Shown here one piece after another: positions 40,201 through 54,246 of a stretch of 64,000 nucleotides of DNA. A program made the translations under genes and the position numbers. The notes beneath the pieces are model-generated. The model was not told the DNA's origin, searched no databases, and saw only the letters and a list, made by a program, of their open reading frames with translations. The stretch comes from Eledone cirrhosa. Lineage: Eukaryota. How positions within the stretch are numbered: the first letter of the stretch is position 1; each line of letters begins with the position of its first letter. The stretch spans positions 21,080,001 to 21,144,000 of the forward strand of contig OZ024762.1 in NCBI GenBank assembly GCA_964016885.1. Reading direction: 5' to 3'.

Positions 40201-41360
40201 AATAATTGCATATACACTTGTACAGATACAAAGCATATGCACATACAACTCAAAACATCCACATCCACACATACAATAACATCCATATCTATACATACAT
40301 GCAGACATACATACATATCTACCTAGTTGATGTTGTGTAAATTCCATTGAGAGAGTCTTGTAACTATGTTAGAAACTGACTCTCTCTCTATTAGGAAAAA
40401 TTTGTGAAATTATAAAGCCAGAACATACATACATACATCTCATGTCATACATACATACAATCTGCCTATTAATAAAGGTACATACATACACACACACACA
40501 TGCATATAGAAAAACATCTATACATGTACACACAAAAAGACATTTCTGTACATACACCCACCTACATTTACCTGTATACACACACTACAGTCACACCTCA
40601 CCTGTATCTTGATTAATCTCCCTTGCTGGAAGCTTAATTCATTGTCATCACCATCATCATCATCATCACCATCATTTTCATCTTTCTTCTTCATTAGTTA
40701 TCAATCACCTCCCCTCCTCCCGTACCCCCTTCACCCCCCCCCCCTCCCCCGGTAATAACTGGTTATATTCTGATAATTAGAACATTTCTTTTCTTCTTCA
40801 CTTGTTTTTCTTTGAAATTTTTAATACAAAGAATATAAAACTTGTCAGGTGTTTCTTTCTTTTCCTCTTGGATTGTCATCTTTTGTCATAAGACTGAGTA
40901 GCTGGACAACTATTCTACAGATCTGTACATATTGTGTGATCTCTTGTTTAAGATTTATCATAAGACTGAGGACCTAGGCTACTTTCCAACAGATCTGTAC
41001 ATATTGTGTTGTTGTTTTTTTTTTTTTGTTTAAGATTTGTCATAGGACCAAGTACCTAGGCAACTACCCAACAGATGTGTACATATTGTGCTGTCTTTTG
41101 TTTAAGACTGTATCATCTTTTAAGACTTGTCATAAGACTGAGGACCCTGGCTCTTTCCAATAGATTTGTACCTATAGTGTTGTCTCATGTTGTGTGCAAG
41201 GTGTATAAAACAAAACTTGTTTCACTCCACACACACACTACTTACATATGGTTATGTATATATGTATGTATATATTCCTAAATAATATATATATATATAT
41301 ACATATATATATAGACACATATACACACCACACGTGTACTCACACGCACACACATATATA

Positions 41361-41392
<32 letters not shown>

Positions 41393-41432
41393 GACACATA
41401 TACACACCACACGTGTACTCACACGCACACAC

Positions 41433-41465
<33 letters not shown>

Positions 41466-41883
41466 AATTTATATACACTCACACACGTTTACCAGTGATA
41501 TCTGTTTGTATCAAAATGTTTCTAATAATAATAATGGAAATAATAATAATAATAATAATAACCACAATACCGCCACCACCACAACAAGAACAGCAACAAC
41601 AATAATAAAAATTTCCAACATAAAATCAAAAAGCCACCAAACCAAACCAAACACCATGTTTAAAATCGTCAACAATCCAGTGTATTTATGCGTTTAGTGT
41701 ATATTCTCATCTTAAGATAAATTTGTAGAAATTCTGTGTTTCAAACTGAATCCAATAAATTAGTATAACTAAACACACTATTTTTTTTTCTCTTTTAACT
41801 GGAATTCTTTAAAATGCTTGTAGCTTTCAAACAATATTTCTTACAATTTCTTTATTCCAGCTCCTAATTTTGGTGTCACTTAA

Positions 41884-42290
41884 CCCTTTAGCATTTAAAC
41901 CAGCCACATCTGGCCAGAATTCTCTTACCTCTTTCTGTTCAAACCAGCCATAACCGGCTCCTCATACCAACATTTAGGTATTGTTCTCAAAATAAATATC
42001 AAATTCTTGTAGATTGGATTTTATGTGAGTTAAAGCCTTTACTGTGAAAAAAACAATAGTAAATATAGAGTAATATAAATGGTAAAGGGCAGTGGATTGG
42101 CAGTATCGGTAGAGGGTCGGACGCCATGCTTTGACGCATAGAGTTATGGCCCTTGCCATTCTGAGTTCAAATCCCGCCAAGGTTAACTTTGCCTTTCGTC
42201 CTTACGGGGTCGATAAAATAAAGTACCAGTAATGCACTGGGCAATTGCTGGCCTTGTGCCAAAAGTAGAAACAATATAAATGGTAAAGGG
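41884..42290. mobile_element. piggyBac-type MITE with a family A SINE inserted at its right TIR
   Basis: TTAA|ccctttagcattta ... taaatggtaaaggg|TTAA; the SINE is flanked by the 18-bp TSD aatataaatggtaaaggg (42072-42089, 42273-42290). Confidence 0.7.
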
Positions 42291-42384
42291 TTAAGATGTG
42301 TCAGGGTTAGCCCTGTATTAATCTTTCCTTTTTCTTTTGTTACTTTTCTTTCTTTTTTTTTTCTTTTTCTTCTTTTTCTTCTTA

Positions 42385-42625
42385 TTCCTGAGAGGGTCAT
42401 GGGGGAAGAGTCTTCAAACACTCTTTCCAACGAGTCCTGTCAGAAGCAACCGTCTCCAACTGATCTGGCTGGATCCCCAAGTGAGACCAGCCAAGCTCAT
42501 GGAAGCTATCCAACCATCTTGTTTGCGGTCTACCCCTGGGTCTCCTGCTGGTTGGTTTTGCTTGTAAAATCTGTCCAGAGATTCTCTCCTGAGACATTCT
42601 AACTACATGCCCGTGGAATCTGAGC
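42385..42625 (-). mobile_element. RTE-like LINE 3' fragment (related copies ~25690-25990 and 50320-50400)
   Basis: ILQAKPTSRRPRGRPQTRWLD.......HLGI.......VASDRTRW. Confidence 0.75.
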
Positions 42626-43299
42626 TGTATTAATCATTTAGCAAAATAAGCATGTGCTTAAGGCCTCACACAAAGGGGGTGTCATACCATAGATTTTGGG
42701 GGGTTTTTTTGTCTGGTCTGGTACTATAATTAAGGTGGGGGGGGGGGGTGTACCATAAGTTTCCCAGTGCCTAGGCCCTTTAAAAGGTCTTAATTTGTCC
42801 CCCCCCCCTGTGTGTCAGTATGTGTATAGTGGAGCTAGGCTGATGTCCAACACACATATTTAGATTTGCTGGCCTGTGATGTCTGTGTTCAGATTTCATG
42901 ATTGCAGACACGTGTGTGTTCAGATATGGTGGAGTGTGACGTGTGTTCAGATTTCATGATTTGTGACATGCATGTGTTCAGATATGGTGGTGACACATCT
43001 TCAGATTTCATGATGTGTTATGCATGTGTTCAAATTTCATGATTTGTTCAGATAAGGTGGTGTGGAACACATGTTCAGATTTGCTGATGTGTGACATGTT
43101 CATATTTCAGTAGCAATTGTGTGTTATTCTCTTTCCAAAGTAGTTTTCGAGACCCTTCCCCACCACCATAATCTACATTATAAGATAACTTATAGTGTCT
43201 TTAACTGTGGCAGAGTCTCTGACCTCTAGGTAGGCTGGAAATCCCCAAACTCTGAGAGCAATTTATCATTATATCAACACAAGGGAAGTTGTTGTGTTT

Positions 43300-43975
43300 T
43301 TTGACACAGCTGAGGAGTCTTTCTGACACAATAGGTGTAGTGGGATGGCAGGCAGATTAACAGAAAAGGTTGACTTTGTATGTGGCAGATGTACTGGGAT
43401 AGATGGTAGTAAGAGCATCAGTTGGAAGGTTCCATAAAAGTAGTTGATAGCTTCTGTTACCTAGGTGGCCTAATTAGCAGTGAAGGATGTGGCTCTGAGA
43501 GCTTAAAATAAGAACAGGATGAAAAAATATAGGGAGTTACTACCCCTGTTGTCAACAAAAGGTATCTGTATGATGCTATATGCATGCATACTAAGTGCAA
43601 TACTGCATGGAAGTGAATCATAAGCAGTTAATATTTGAAGGCTGGAAAGAAATGACGCAAGCATTCTTCAATGGATGTTAATGAATGACAAAGCATGGAT
43701 GAAGTGAGAGAAAAACTGGGTATAAGAGGAATCAGATGTTGTATGTGAGAGAGAAATTTGCTGTGGTATGAACATGTAATGCATATGGATGATGATCACT
43801 GGGTAAAAAAAGCCCAAGAGATCCCAGTGAAAGGGAGATGAAGGAAGACATTTGCAGAGATAGTGAGAGCTAATCTCAAATTGCTGAAGCTTACAGAGAA
43901 GATGATGAAGGAACAACAAGCTCAGCAGGAAAAGACCCGTCCAACCCAGGCAACAATGGATAAACAGATGCAAGA
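43300..43975 (+). mobile_element. Decayed RTE LINE fragment
   Basis: VVDSFCYLG and LHGSES motifs; homologous to 63130-63890. Confidence 0.65.
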
Positions 43976-44124
43976 TAATTAGGTGTATATCTAGGTACAG
44001 GGTTGGTATAGAAATTTGTAAAATCCCTATGGAGGGCCCATTCTGCTATTGTTAGCTTGCAAACTTACTGCTGGTCAGCTGAAAAGGAGTGGAGCTTCCA
44101 TTGGGGTTTTACTAATTATTATGC

Positions 44125-45425
44125 ATACATACGTGTGTGTGTGTATGTATGTATATATATATGTATGTATATATATATGTATGTGTATATATATATGTGT
44201 ATATGTATATATATGTATGTGTATATGTATATATATGTATGTGTATATGTATATATATGTATGTGTATATGTATATATATGTATGTGTATATATATATGT
44301 ATATATATGTATGTGTATATATATATGTATATATATGTATGTGTATATATATATGTATATATATGTATGTGTATATGTATATGTATATATATGTATGTGT
44401 ATATGTATATGTATATATATGTATGTGTATATGTATATGTATATGTATGTGTATATATATATGTATATATATATGTATGTGTATATGTATATGTATATAT
44501 ATGTATGTGTATATGTATATGTATATGTATGTGTATATATATATGTATATGTATATGTATGTGTATATATATATGTATATATATATGTATGTGTATATAT
44601 ATATGTATATATATATGTATGTGTATATATATATGTATATATATATGTATGTGTATATATATATGTATATATATATGTATGTGTATATATATATGTATAT
44701 ATATATGTATATATATATGTATGTGTATATATATATGTATATATATATGTATGTGTATATATATATGTATATATATATGTATATATATGTATATATATAT
44801 ATATGTATATATATATGTATGTGTATATATATATGTATATATATATATATGTATATATATATGTATGTGTATATATATATGTATATATATATATATGTAT
44901 ATATATATGTATATGTATATATATATGTATGTGTATATATATATGTATATATATGTGTATATATATATGTATGTGTATATATATGTGTATATATATATGT
45001 ATGTGTATATATATGTGTATATATATATGTATATATATATGTATGTGTATATATATATGTATATATATATGTATGTGTATATATATATGTATATATATAT
45101 GTATGTGTATATATATATGTGTATATATATATGTATATATATATGTATGTGTATATATATATATATATGTATGTGTATATATATATATATATGTATGTGT
45201 ATATATATATATATATGTATGTGTGTATGTATACATATGTATATGTAGGTATACATATGCATACACATGTGTATGTACATATATCCATATATATATATGC
45301 GTATATGTAGGTATACATATTCATACATCTGTGTATATATATATATCCATATATATGTGTATATATACATATGTAACTGAATTGATTCGATTTCGAATCG
45401 CCACAAGGCAAAACATAATTCAGTT

Positions 45426-45468
<43 letters not shown>

Positions 45469-45660
45469 TATATATTGGTATACATATTCACACATCTATT
45501 TGTATGAATATATATCCATATATATATATATATACGTAATGTATGTATACATATTCATACATCTATGTGTATGTATATATATCCATATATGTGTATATGT
45601 ATGTATACATATATATACATCTATATATAGATGTATGTATATATATATATATATATATAA
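44125..45660. repeat. ~1.5 kb (TA)n/(TATG)n microsatellite
   Basis: Direct reading. Confidence 0.95.
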
Positions 45661-45808
45661 TGGATATATGAAGTTCTTTTGCTGAAATAAATTGTAAGGA
45701 ATAAAATGTTTTAATTTCATCTTCGACACTTGTATTATTGTTATTATTGTTATTATATTATTATTATTGTTGTTATTATTACCCCACTCTTATATATATT
45801 TTTTTATA

Positions 45809-45856
<48 letters not shown>

Positions 45857-46619
45857 GCATACATATACATATATATGTATACACACATTTTTACTGGTTT
45901 CAGTTCTTAGAATGTGAATATGCTGGGAGACGGCCTTGATTGGATCAATCGTATTAACCCTGGTACTTATTTTATCAATCTCTTTTTGCTGAATTGCTAA
46001 GTTACTAGGCATAAACACAAACAAATACAAATACACATTTGCTCACACACATATACATACATATATACATACATACACACATATAAAGAAAATCTGAAAA
46101 CAAACATGTAAAACAATTAAACCAATATTAGTTTGACACTTCTGTGAAATGGAAAAAGATATATGTTCAACGTATCGGACACTAGTCCTTCATCAAAAAG
46201 GAAAAGTGTGTGAGAGTGAAGTTAGAAAACTTAGATATAGAAGTGATATTTAAAACTTGAAACTAAATATAAAGGTGACATCAGGAAATTGTAGCAGTGA
46301 ACAAGAATGTATGAGTGCTTTTATTCCTACATGAGCACGTATATGCTATATTGGTGGCTGTGTGTCTTGGTATGTTAGTGGTGCTTGTGTGTGTGAGTGC
46401 ATCATGTCTATTTATTTGTCTGAGCATAATAATACATATCTGTCTCTCTCTTTCGCCCTCTGCTCTCTCTTTCTTTCTCACTTGCTATCTCTCTTTATCT
46501 CCTCTTTCTCACTCTTACGACTTTATTAACAAATCCTTTCTTTCTTTTCCTAATAGAACCTGGTGTTATGCCGAGAGAGAGAGAGCGGGGGGGGGGGAGA
46601 TAAGCAGAGAATTTATATA

Positions 46620-47150
46620 ATAATGAAAATATTGTGTACAGTGCTCAGGTGCACTACAACTCATCAAAAAGTGTATGTATAGTACATAGGGTAATGTACA
46701 AACGTCAGGAAAATGAACAGTGCATGAGTCATGATATACACATGTGCGTGTGTATGGAAGGGGTACATCAGGTGTAGTTTTGGCGAATTTCGGGAAGCAT
46801 GAGGGTTTTAAAGGATGTAGTGTCTCGACAGCTAACAACTGATGCAGGTAGTTTGTTCCATGGAGGTTTTAAAGGATGCAGTGTCTCGACAGCTAACAAC
46901 TGATGCAGGTAGTTTGTTCCATTGAGGTTTTAAAGGATGCAGTGTCTCGACAGCTAACAACTGATGCAAGTAGTTTGTTCCATTGAGGTTTTAAAGGATG
47001 CAGTGTCTCGACAGCTAACAACTGATGCAAGTAGTTTGTTCCATGGAGGTTTTAAAGGATGCAGTGTCTCGACAGCTAACAACTGATGCAGGTAGTTTGT
47101 TCCATGCTTCAGGAACTCTAAGCGTGAAAAAATGTTTCCGAAAGTTGCCA
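46620..47150 (-). mobile_element. CR1-type LINE 3' end with an internal ~62-bp tandem amplification (5 copies)
   Basis: Repeated ttttaaaggatgcagtgtctcgacagctaacaactgatgc.ggtagtttgttcca; encodes WNKL.ASVVSCRDTASFK on the minus strand. Confidence 0.8.
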
Positions 47151-47678
47151 CAATAAAGGGGAGTAGAGAAAGAGAGTAAGAGAGAATGGAATCTAGATGA
47201 AAGTAGTTAGAGAAGGTAAAAGTAGGAAAAAGCATTCATACAAATATTTGTCACTACTTTCCTACCATCATGTATTTAGAAGGATTCTAATGTCCAGTCA
47301 TAAATCCACCTAGAAAACTTCCCTTCAGCTTCAGTTTATGTTTTGTTGGAGTCTTAGATTTCTTTGTTGACTTTTTCCCTATATTTACCTATGTCATGCA
47401 CATGGATAACTTTTAATACATATTTGAATCATCATCAATTTTGATGGTAGGGCTCACTAGTGTGTATGTACACACACACACACATACACACATACACACA
47501 CACACACACAAATATGTGTGTATAAATATATAGACATACACATCATTCTATATACCTAATCACAAGTGCTGGGGCCAAAACACAAGCCTTAATTTTTTTT
47601 TCACAACTCAGTCCAATACATTAAGCTTCTATAAACACTATAATCATCACCATCATCTTCATCATCACCCTCATCATT

Positions 47679-47709
<31 letters not shown>

Positions 47710-48663
47710 ATATAATAGCTATTATTGTTAATATTATTATCATGATTATTATTATGGGTAGTAGATTGGCATAGTCGTTAGAGTGTTGGACGAATGCTCA
47801 GCGATATTTGTTCTGCCTCTTTACGTTCTGAGTTCAAATACTGCTGAGGTTACCTTTACCTTTCATCCTTACTGGGTCGATAAAATAAAGTACCAGTAAT
47901 GCACTGGGGGTCAATTTAATTGACTTTCCCTTTCCCCAAAACTTGTTGGCCTTGTGCCTAAATCAGAAATCATCATTATTATTCCTACTACTACTATTAT
48001 TATTATCACTATTACTATTATTATTATTATTATTATTATTATTATCTAAACACTGCTACAAACACAAACAAAAGAGAGAAAAATACATAGTAAAGCATTG
48101 GCATAACTAATCAGTAAAAACTGTTGCACAAACATAGATACATATATACATACAAACACACATTCACTTCTTGTGTAAATACCTATTCTCATACATACGC
48201 ACATGTAAATTAATTAATTAAATAAATAAACAAACAAGGAATTTGCTACATGCAAAATAAAAAAAATTAAAATAAAAACAGAAAATGAAAAAAAAAAGAA
48301 AAAGAAGAAAAAAAATTATCTACAATAACAGCTTTGGTTATTAAAACTTCAACTTGTTTGACCTTCAGATGCAACAGATGTCATAAGACCTTGTGCACTG
48401 CAATCATGCAAACCTATGCACAAATTTTTTTTTTCTTTTCTATTTTCTTGCAACATTCCTATCCAATCTTATATTTTCTTCCAATTTTTTTTTTCCTAAT
48501 TTTCTTTATCTTTTGAGCCTCTGTGGCTTAAAAAAAAAAAAAAGAAAAAAGAAATCAATTTTGACTTTTACATATCATGTACCTCCAGGCCTGACTTTTG
48601 AGATGGAAGATTAAAAAAAGGGCCGATGTCTACTTTGTTACCTTATTTTTCACTCTTGTTACC

Positions 48664-48699
<36 letters not shown>

Positions 48700-49964
48700 T
48701 GCTATAACTGTAAATCTCTTGACTTCCTACCAATACCTTGATGAAATATTTGGTTGACTGCATGCATGTTGTATACCACACCATCTGCTAAATTCTTCCA
48801 CCAATAAATTAATACATCTTTAGCTCGATTATTCCAAAACCGAAAATAAATTTAAATTTAAATTCCAGAAAAAAAAAAAAATGTTAAATTAAAAAAGAAA
48901 AAGAAAAATTAACAAAAAAAAAATAAATAAATAAAAGTAAAAACATGAATTCTTCAAAAGCACCCTTCCTCATTGCATATCCAGTCATGAAATCAAGGAC
49001 CTTGCAAAAAAAAAAAAAAAAAAAAATAATAATAATAAATAAATAAAATTGAAATAAAAAATAAATAAATTAAAGCAAAACAAAACAAATAATTTTTTTT
49101 TTTTTTTTTTTTTTGCAAATTCTAACATCAGGTTAAAATATTTTAATTTCTTCCCTCTTGCCTTTAAAAATTCCACTCCCTGCTGCAGACAATGGTGGAA
49201 GGGTCCAAAATGCATGTATAGTGTGTGTGCTTTACAGCTTGCACGGATGTCGGGAGTTGCCGTGCTAGTGGCTAGCGTGCAGGCCGCCGACCAGTCAGCT
49301 GTCAGCTCTTCCAAATTCTGCCCTCGCCCACCCCGACACCATTTTTTTCCCCTCATCCACCTGTTGCCCTTACTTCCCTATCACTTTCAATCTTTCTCTC
49401 TCTCCATGACTCCCATTCAGCCCTCAACTGCATTCATCTAACCTACCACCCACCCCGCCAGCCCTCAACTGCATCCACCCACCCACCCTACTATACAACC
49501 ATCCAGGCCTCAGATGCATCTTACCCACCCTTTCCACCCACCCTACCACACACCCTTCCACCTCACCCCTCCAGGCCTTGATTACATCCACCCAGCCCCA
49601 TCCCTCCAGGCCTCAAATATATCCACCCACCCATCCAGGCCTCAAATGCATTCACCTACCCTTCCACCCTACCCATCCAGTCCCCACCCAGCCCTCAACT
49701 GTAGGCGGCACATTGCTCCTGTCTAATAGTAGCCAGATCATCCTAGTTGTAATAGTTGTGATGGAAAAATCTCTATAGAAAGCTGTAGAAACTCATGGTC
49801 AATAAAACCTATTGTTGACTTAGAAGCTCACTCAGTACATTTTTCTTGTTTTTTTCCTTCATTTCTATTTTTACACACTTTTTTTTTATTATTGTTGGTT
49901 TCGTTTATTTGTGTGTGTGTGTGTGTGTGTGTTTTCTTTCAGTCTACAGCCAATAATAATTTAA

Positions 49965-50187
49965 CCCTTTAGCATTTACATTACTCTATATTTACTATTA
50001 TATATTTTCACGGTAAAGGCTTTACCTTACATAATTATCTCACAAAATATTGAATTTATGAGATTTTAATTTTATTTATTTTGAGAACAATACCTTAACA
50101 TCAGTATGAGCAGCCAATTACAGACGGTTTCAACAAAAAGAGGTGGGAGAATTCTGGCCGGATATGGCCAGTTTAAATGCTAAAGGG
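49965..50187. mobile_element. piggyBac-type MITE (partial copies near 17449, 20990, 26140)
   Basis: TTAA TSDs at 49961-49964 and 50188-50191; 14-bp TIR ccctttagcattta/taaatgctaaaggg. Confidence 0.85.
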
Positions 50188-51299
50188 TTAAACCAGACAT
50201 AGTCCAGTGGACCCAATCAGAATCCAGTTGATCCAATATAAAACCAGCATTCAAAATCCAGACTTCAAACTGCACAGAAGGACCATGACGGCATTAGACT
50301 AAAGACTTCTTCTTTGCCCTCTTATGCCTGAGAAGGTCATGGGAGCAGAGTCCTCAAACACTCCTTCCAGCGGGCCCTGTCGGAAGCAACCATCTCCAAC
50401 TGATTTTTTAATGTAATACAGTCATATTACTGTTTGATATATCTTACTAATGTGGTTTGATGTGGTATAGGACATGGAAAGTTAAACTGAAGACTCATCA
50501 ATCCATTTATTTCCATTAATTTACTCTCAATGTATTGATTTAATGTGTATGGACCTGTAACTCCTGATAGATTTGAAGATTTGGCCTAAGTTCTTCATGG
50601 ACAACAGATCAACATTTATGAATCCAGGTATTAACCCAGACAGACATGTTATGATGTGGAAATATATTTTACTATGCTATTATGCATTGTGGCAGCTTAT
50701 TGGCAGAGTCAGTAGAATGTTGGATAGAATGCTTTGTGATATTTGTTTCTACTCTCTACTCTCTGAGTTCAAATCTCACCATGGTCAACTTTATCTTTCA
50801 TCCATTTGAGGTCAATAAAAAAAGTACCACTCAAGTACTGGCATCGATTCTCTTTCTCTCTCTCTCTCTTTCTCTCTCCTTCTCTGGAAGAAATCTGTTG
50901 TATTCAGACCCAAAGAGGATTGGGCTCCACCAGGTTTTAAAATGCCCTAGAATCGCTGTATATCAATACAACACCCACATGACTCCTTCAGGAGTTACGG
51001 GACCATGCATGCATACATGTGTAACGAATAATTGAAATTGTTGGTATGATGGTTTCAATGCAAAGAATAATACCAGGATTGTGTTGTTACAATGTTTATT
51101 TTATCATAACAATATTCAATTTGAATTTTGAATGATAAAATCTATAACATGAAATATTCGTACAATAAGTAGGTGATCCTTCGCGCCACGTAAGTACAAC
51201 TATCACAGAATACGATTATAATATAATTTGTATTGTATCTGAAAGATACAATATGACAGACAGAAATGGTGCGTGTAAAATGCAAACAGTGTGAACTTA

Positions 51300-51333
<34 letters not shown>

Positions 51334-51565
51334 ATTAGTATACGTTCTTGTTTTAGCAGTAGTAGTATTCAATCAGCCAGGCGGGAATGGCGTGTGAGAA
51401 ATTAGTGGGCAGACTGTTTTTCATGAAGGGAGATTTGACAGCTGGTGAAAAACCTCCTTTCTTATCTGTGGTCTCACTTTTTCTGCCCGGGCGTAAACAA
51501 CCCTTGTATTTATAACGGTTGAAGTTAGAAGGATGGATATATCATCTGACCTCTTTTCTGCCAGT

Positions 51566-51952
51566 CGTAAACAACATCTGACCTGTGGTTAGCATCTCCC
51601 AAGGGCTTGGTCTGCCGGGCGTAAACAACATCTGACCTGTGGTTAGCATCTCCCAAGGGCTTGGTCTGCCGGGCGTAAACAACATCTGACCTGTGGTTAG
51701 CATCTCCCAAGGGCTTGGTCTGCCGGGCGTAAACAACATCTGACCTGTGGTTAGCATCTCCCAAGGGCTTGGTCTGCCGGGCGTAAACAACATCTGACCT
51801 GTGGTTAGCATCTCCCAAGGGCTTGGTCTGCCGGGCGTAAACAACATCTGACCTGTGGTTAGCATCTCCCAAGGGGTTGGTCTGCCGGGCGTAAACAACA
51901 TCTGACCTGTGGTTAGCATCTCCCAAGGGGTTGGTCTGCCGGGCGTAAACAA
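51566..51952. repeat. 54-bp GC-rich minisatellite, ~7 near-identical copies
   Basis: Unit cgtaaacaacatctgacctgtggttagcatctcccaagggcttggtctgccggg. Confidence 0.95.
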
Positions 51953-52526
51953 GTAGCCACGGCTTGTCCCAGAGGCGGCAAAGCTCAGATTCGGTTTTGA
52001 ATCTTCGCCGGTAATATGTAGGAGTATTCTGTTATACGTGAATTATGCATTTTATGTATGTATGGACCCATAACTCGTGAGGGAATAGTGGAGCCACGAT
52101 ATTAACATACAGCGTTTCTAGGGCATTTAAAAAAAAATCTGGTGGAGTGCATCACCTCTCCAGTGTATGTCAAATAGAAATATTAGAACTGGTCTTATTT
52201 CTATTTTTTGTTGTATAGAAATGTGTGGTGGTTTGGCAGAATCGGTAGAGCATCAGACACCTTGCTTTGCAGTATAGGGTTATTATGGCCCTTTACGTTC
52301 TGAGTTCAAATCCTGCCGAGGTTTACTTTGCCTTTATTCCTTATAGGATCGATAAAATAAAGTACCAGTAATACACTGGGATAATTGCTGGCCTTGTGCC
52401 CAATGTAGAAACAATTATTACTGTCATCATCATCATCATCGTTTAAACTCCATTTTTCCATGCTAGCACCGGTTACTGTAATTAATTATTCTACTTTCAA
52501 CTTAATGATGCAATACTTTGGATTAT

Positions 52527-53137
52527 AGCCAGTGCTATTATTACCAGTAAGCTATAGTTTAGGGCTACACAAAAGCCAGTGCCAGAGTTACCAGTAAGCT
52601 ATAGTTTAGGGCTACACAATAGCCAGTGCCAGAGTTACCAGTAAGCTATAGTTTAGGGCTACACAAAAGCCAGTGCCAGAGTTACCAGTAAGCTATAGTT
52701 TAGGGCTACACAATAGCCAGTGCCAGAGTTACCAGTAAGCTATAGTTTAGGGCTACACAATAGCCAGTGCCAGAGTTACCAGTAAGCTATAGTTTAGGGC
52801 TACACAATAGCCAGTGCCAGAGTTACCAGTAAGCTATAGTTTAGGGCTACACAAAAGCCAGTGCCAGAGTTACCAGTAAGCTATAGTTTAGGGCTACACA
52901 ATAGCCAGTGCCAGAGTTACCAGTAAGCTATAGTTTAGGGCTACACAATAGCCAGTGCCAGAGTTACCAGTAAGCTATAGTTTAGGGCTACACAATAGCC
53001 AGTGCCAGAGTTACCAGTAAGCTATAGTTTAGGGCTACACAATAGCCAGTGCCAGAGTTACCAGTAAGCTATAGTTTAGGGCTACACAATAGCCAGTGCC
53101 AGAGTTACCAGTAAGCTATAGTTTAGGGCTACACAAC
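52527..53137. repeat. 47-bp minisatellite, ~13 copies
   Basis: Unit agccagtgccagagttaccagtaagctatagtttagggctacacaa(t/a). Confidence 0.95.
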
Positions 53138-54125
53138 CCCACTGGCAGCCTTATTTTTAAAAATATATTCTTATTTTATCATTAGTTTTTATTATCTGAC
53201 ACTAAATCATCTAAAATTATATCACCACCATCATCATCACCTTTTAACATCCATTTTCCATGCTAGCATGGGTTAGATGAGTTGCTCCATTGTGAGATAA
53301 GCTAATTCCGATGACCATGTCTTGCTCATACAGGACTGGTTTGTGCTTGGTTTCTATGGCTGGATACCCTTCCTAACACCAACCACATTTTCAATATGTA
53401 CACCTACATGACCACTTTACAAGTTTGGGCTGGGTGCTTTTTGACATGTCCATATTAACATACATATATATATATATATATGTTATATATATATATATAT
53501 ATGTTATATATATATATATAACATATATGTTATATATATATATATGTTATATATATATATATATATATATGTTATATATATATATATATATATATGTTAT
53601 ATATATATATATATATGTTATATATATATATATATATGTTATATATATATATATATATATGTTATATATATGTTATATATATATATGTTATATATATATA
53701 TATATATATGTTCATCATCATTTCATTTTACGTCCACTTTTCCCTGCTTACAAGGGTGGGACGGGAACTGATTCTGGCTTGATTTCTACAGCTGGATGCC
53801 CTTCCTAACACCAACCTCATTTACAGTGAGTGCTGGGTGCTTTTTTGCCGTGGCACCTCCACGACCACTTTGCAGTGGAATGATAGGGACCCCAGTCCCT
53901 ATCAGCTCATTTCTACAGCTGAGTAAACTGGAGCAATATGAAATAAAGTGTCTTGCTCAAGGAAACAACACATCACCCGGTCTGAGAATTGAACTCACAA
54001 CCTTTCGATTGCAAGGCCAATGCTCTAACCACTAAGCCATGTGCCTCCACGTTATATATATATGTTATATATATACCCCTCTCTCCTTATATTCTCTATA
54101 AAAACCAAACAGGTCCTCAGTAATA

Positions 54126-54246
54126 TTATTCTGATGAAATGACAGTAAATAATAACATTGAAATATTGGTTGTCTGCATAACTAATACTTTGTAGATAGC
54201 AGCTGTTTTCAGGTTATGTAACTGTTATAGAAACACGTGTCAATAA
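54126..54246 (+). ncRNA. Type I hammerhead motif with an extended (~92-nt) helix II
   Basis: ttatt CTGATGA [aatgacagt...gttgtctgca-loop-tgtagatagc...actgttata] GAAA cacgtgTC aataa; GUC triplet; palindromic helix III ACACGUGU; A-A mismatch at 10.1/11.1. Confidence 0.6.

Noticed and set aside
49189-49212. miR-133-like sequence (tggtggaagggtccaaa)
   Set aside because: The seed-matching region differs and no precursor hairpin is evident.
51566-53137. CRISPR-like regular repeats
   Set aside because: The units are contiguous and near-identical with no unique spacers; eukaryotic context and no cas genes.
52527-53137. Telomeric array (TTAGGG in each unit)
   Set aside because: Only one TTAGGG per 47-bp unit and no tandem telomere repeats.
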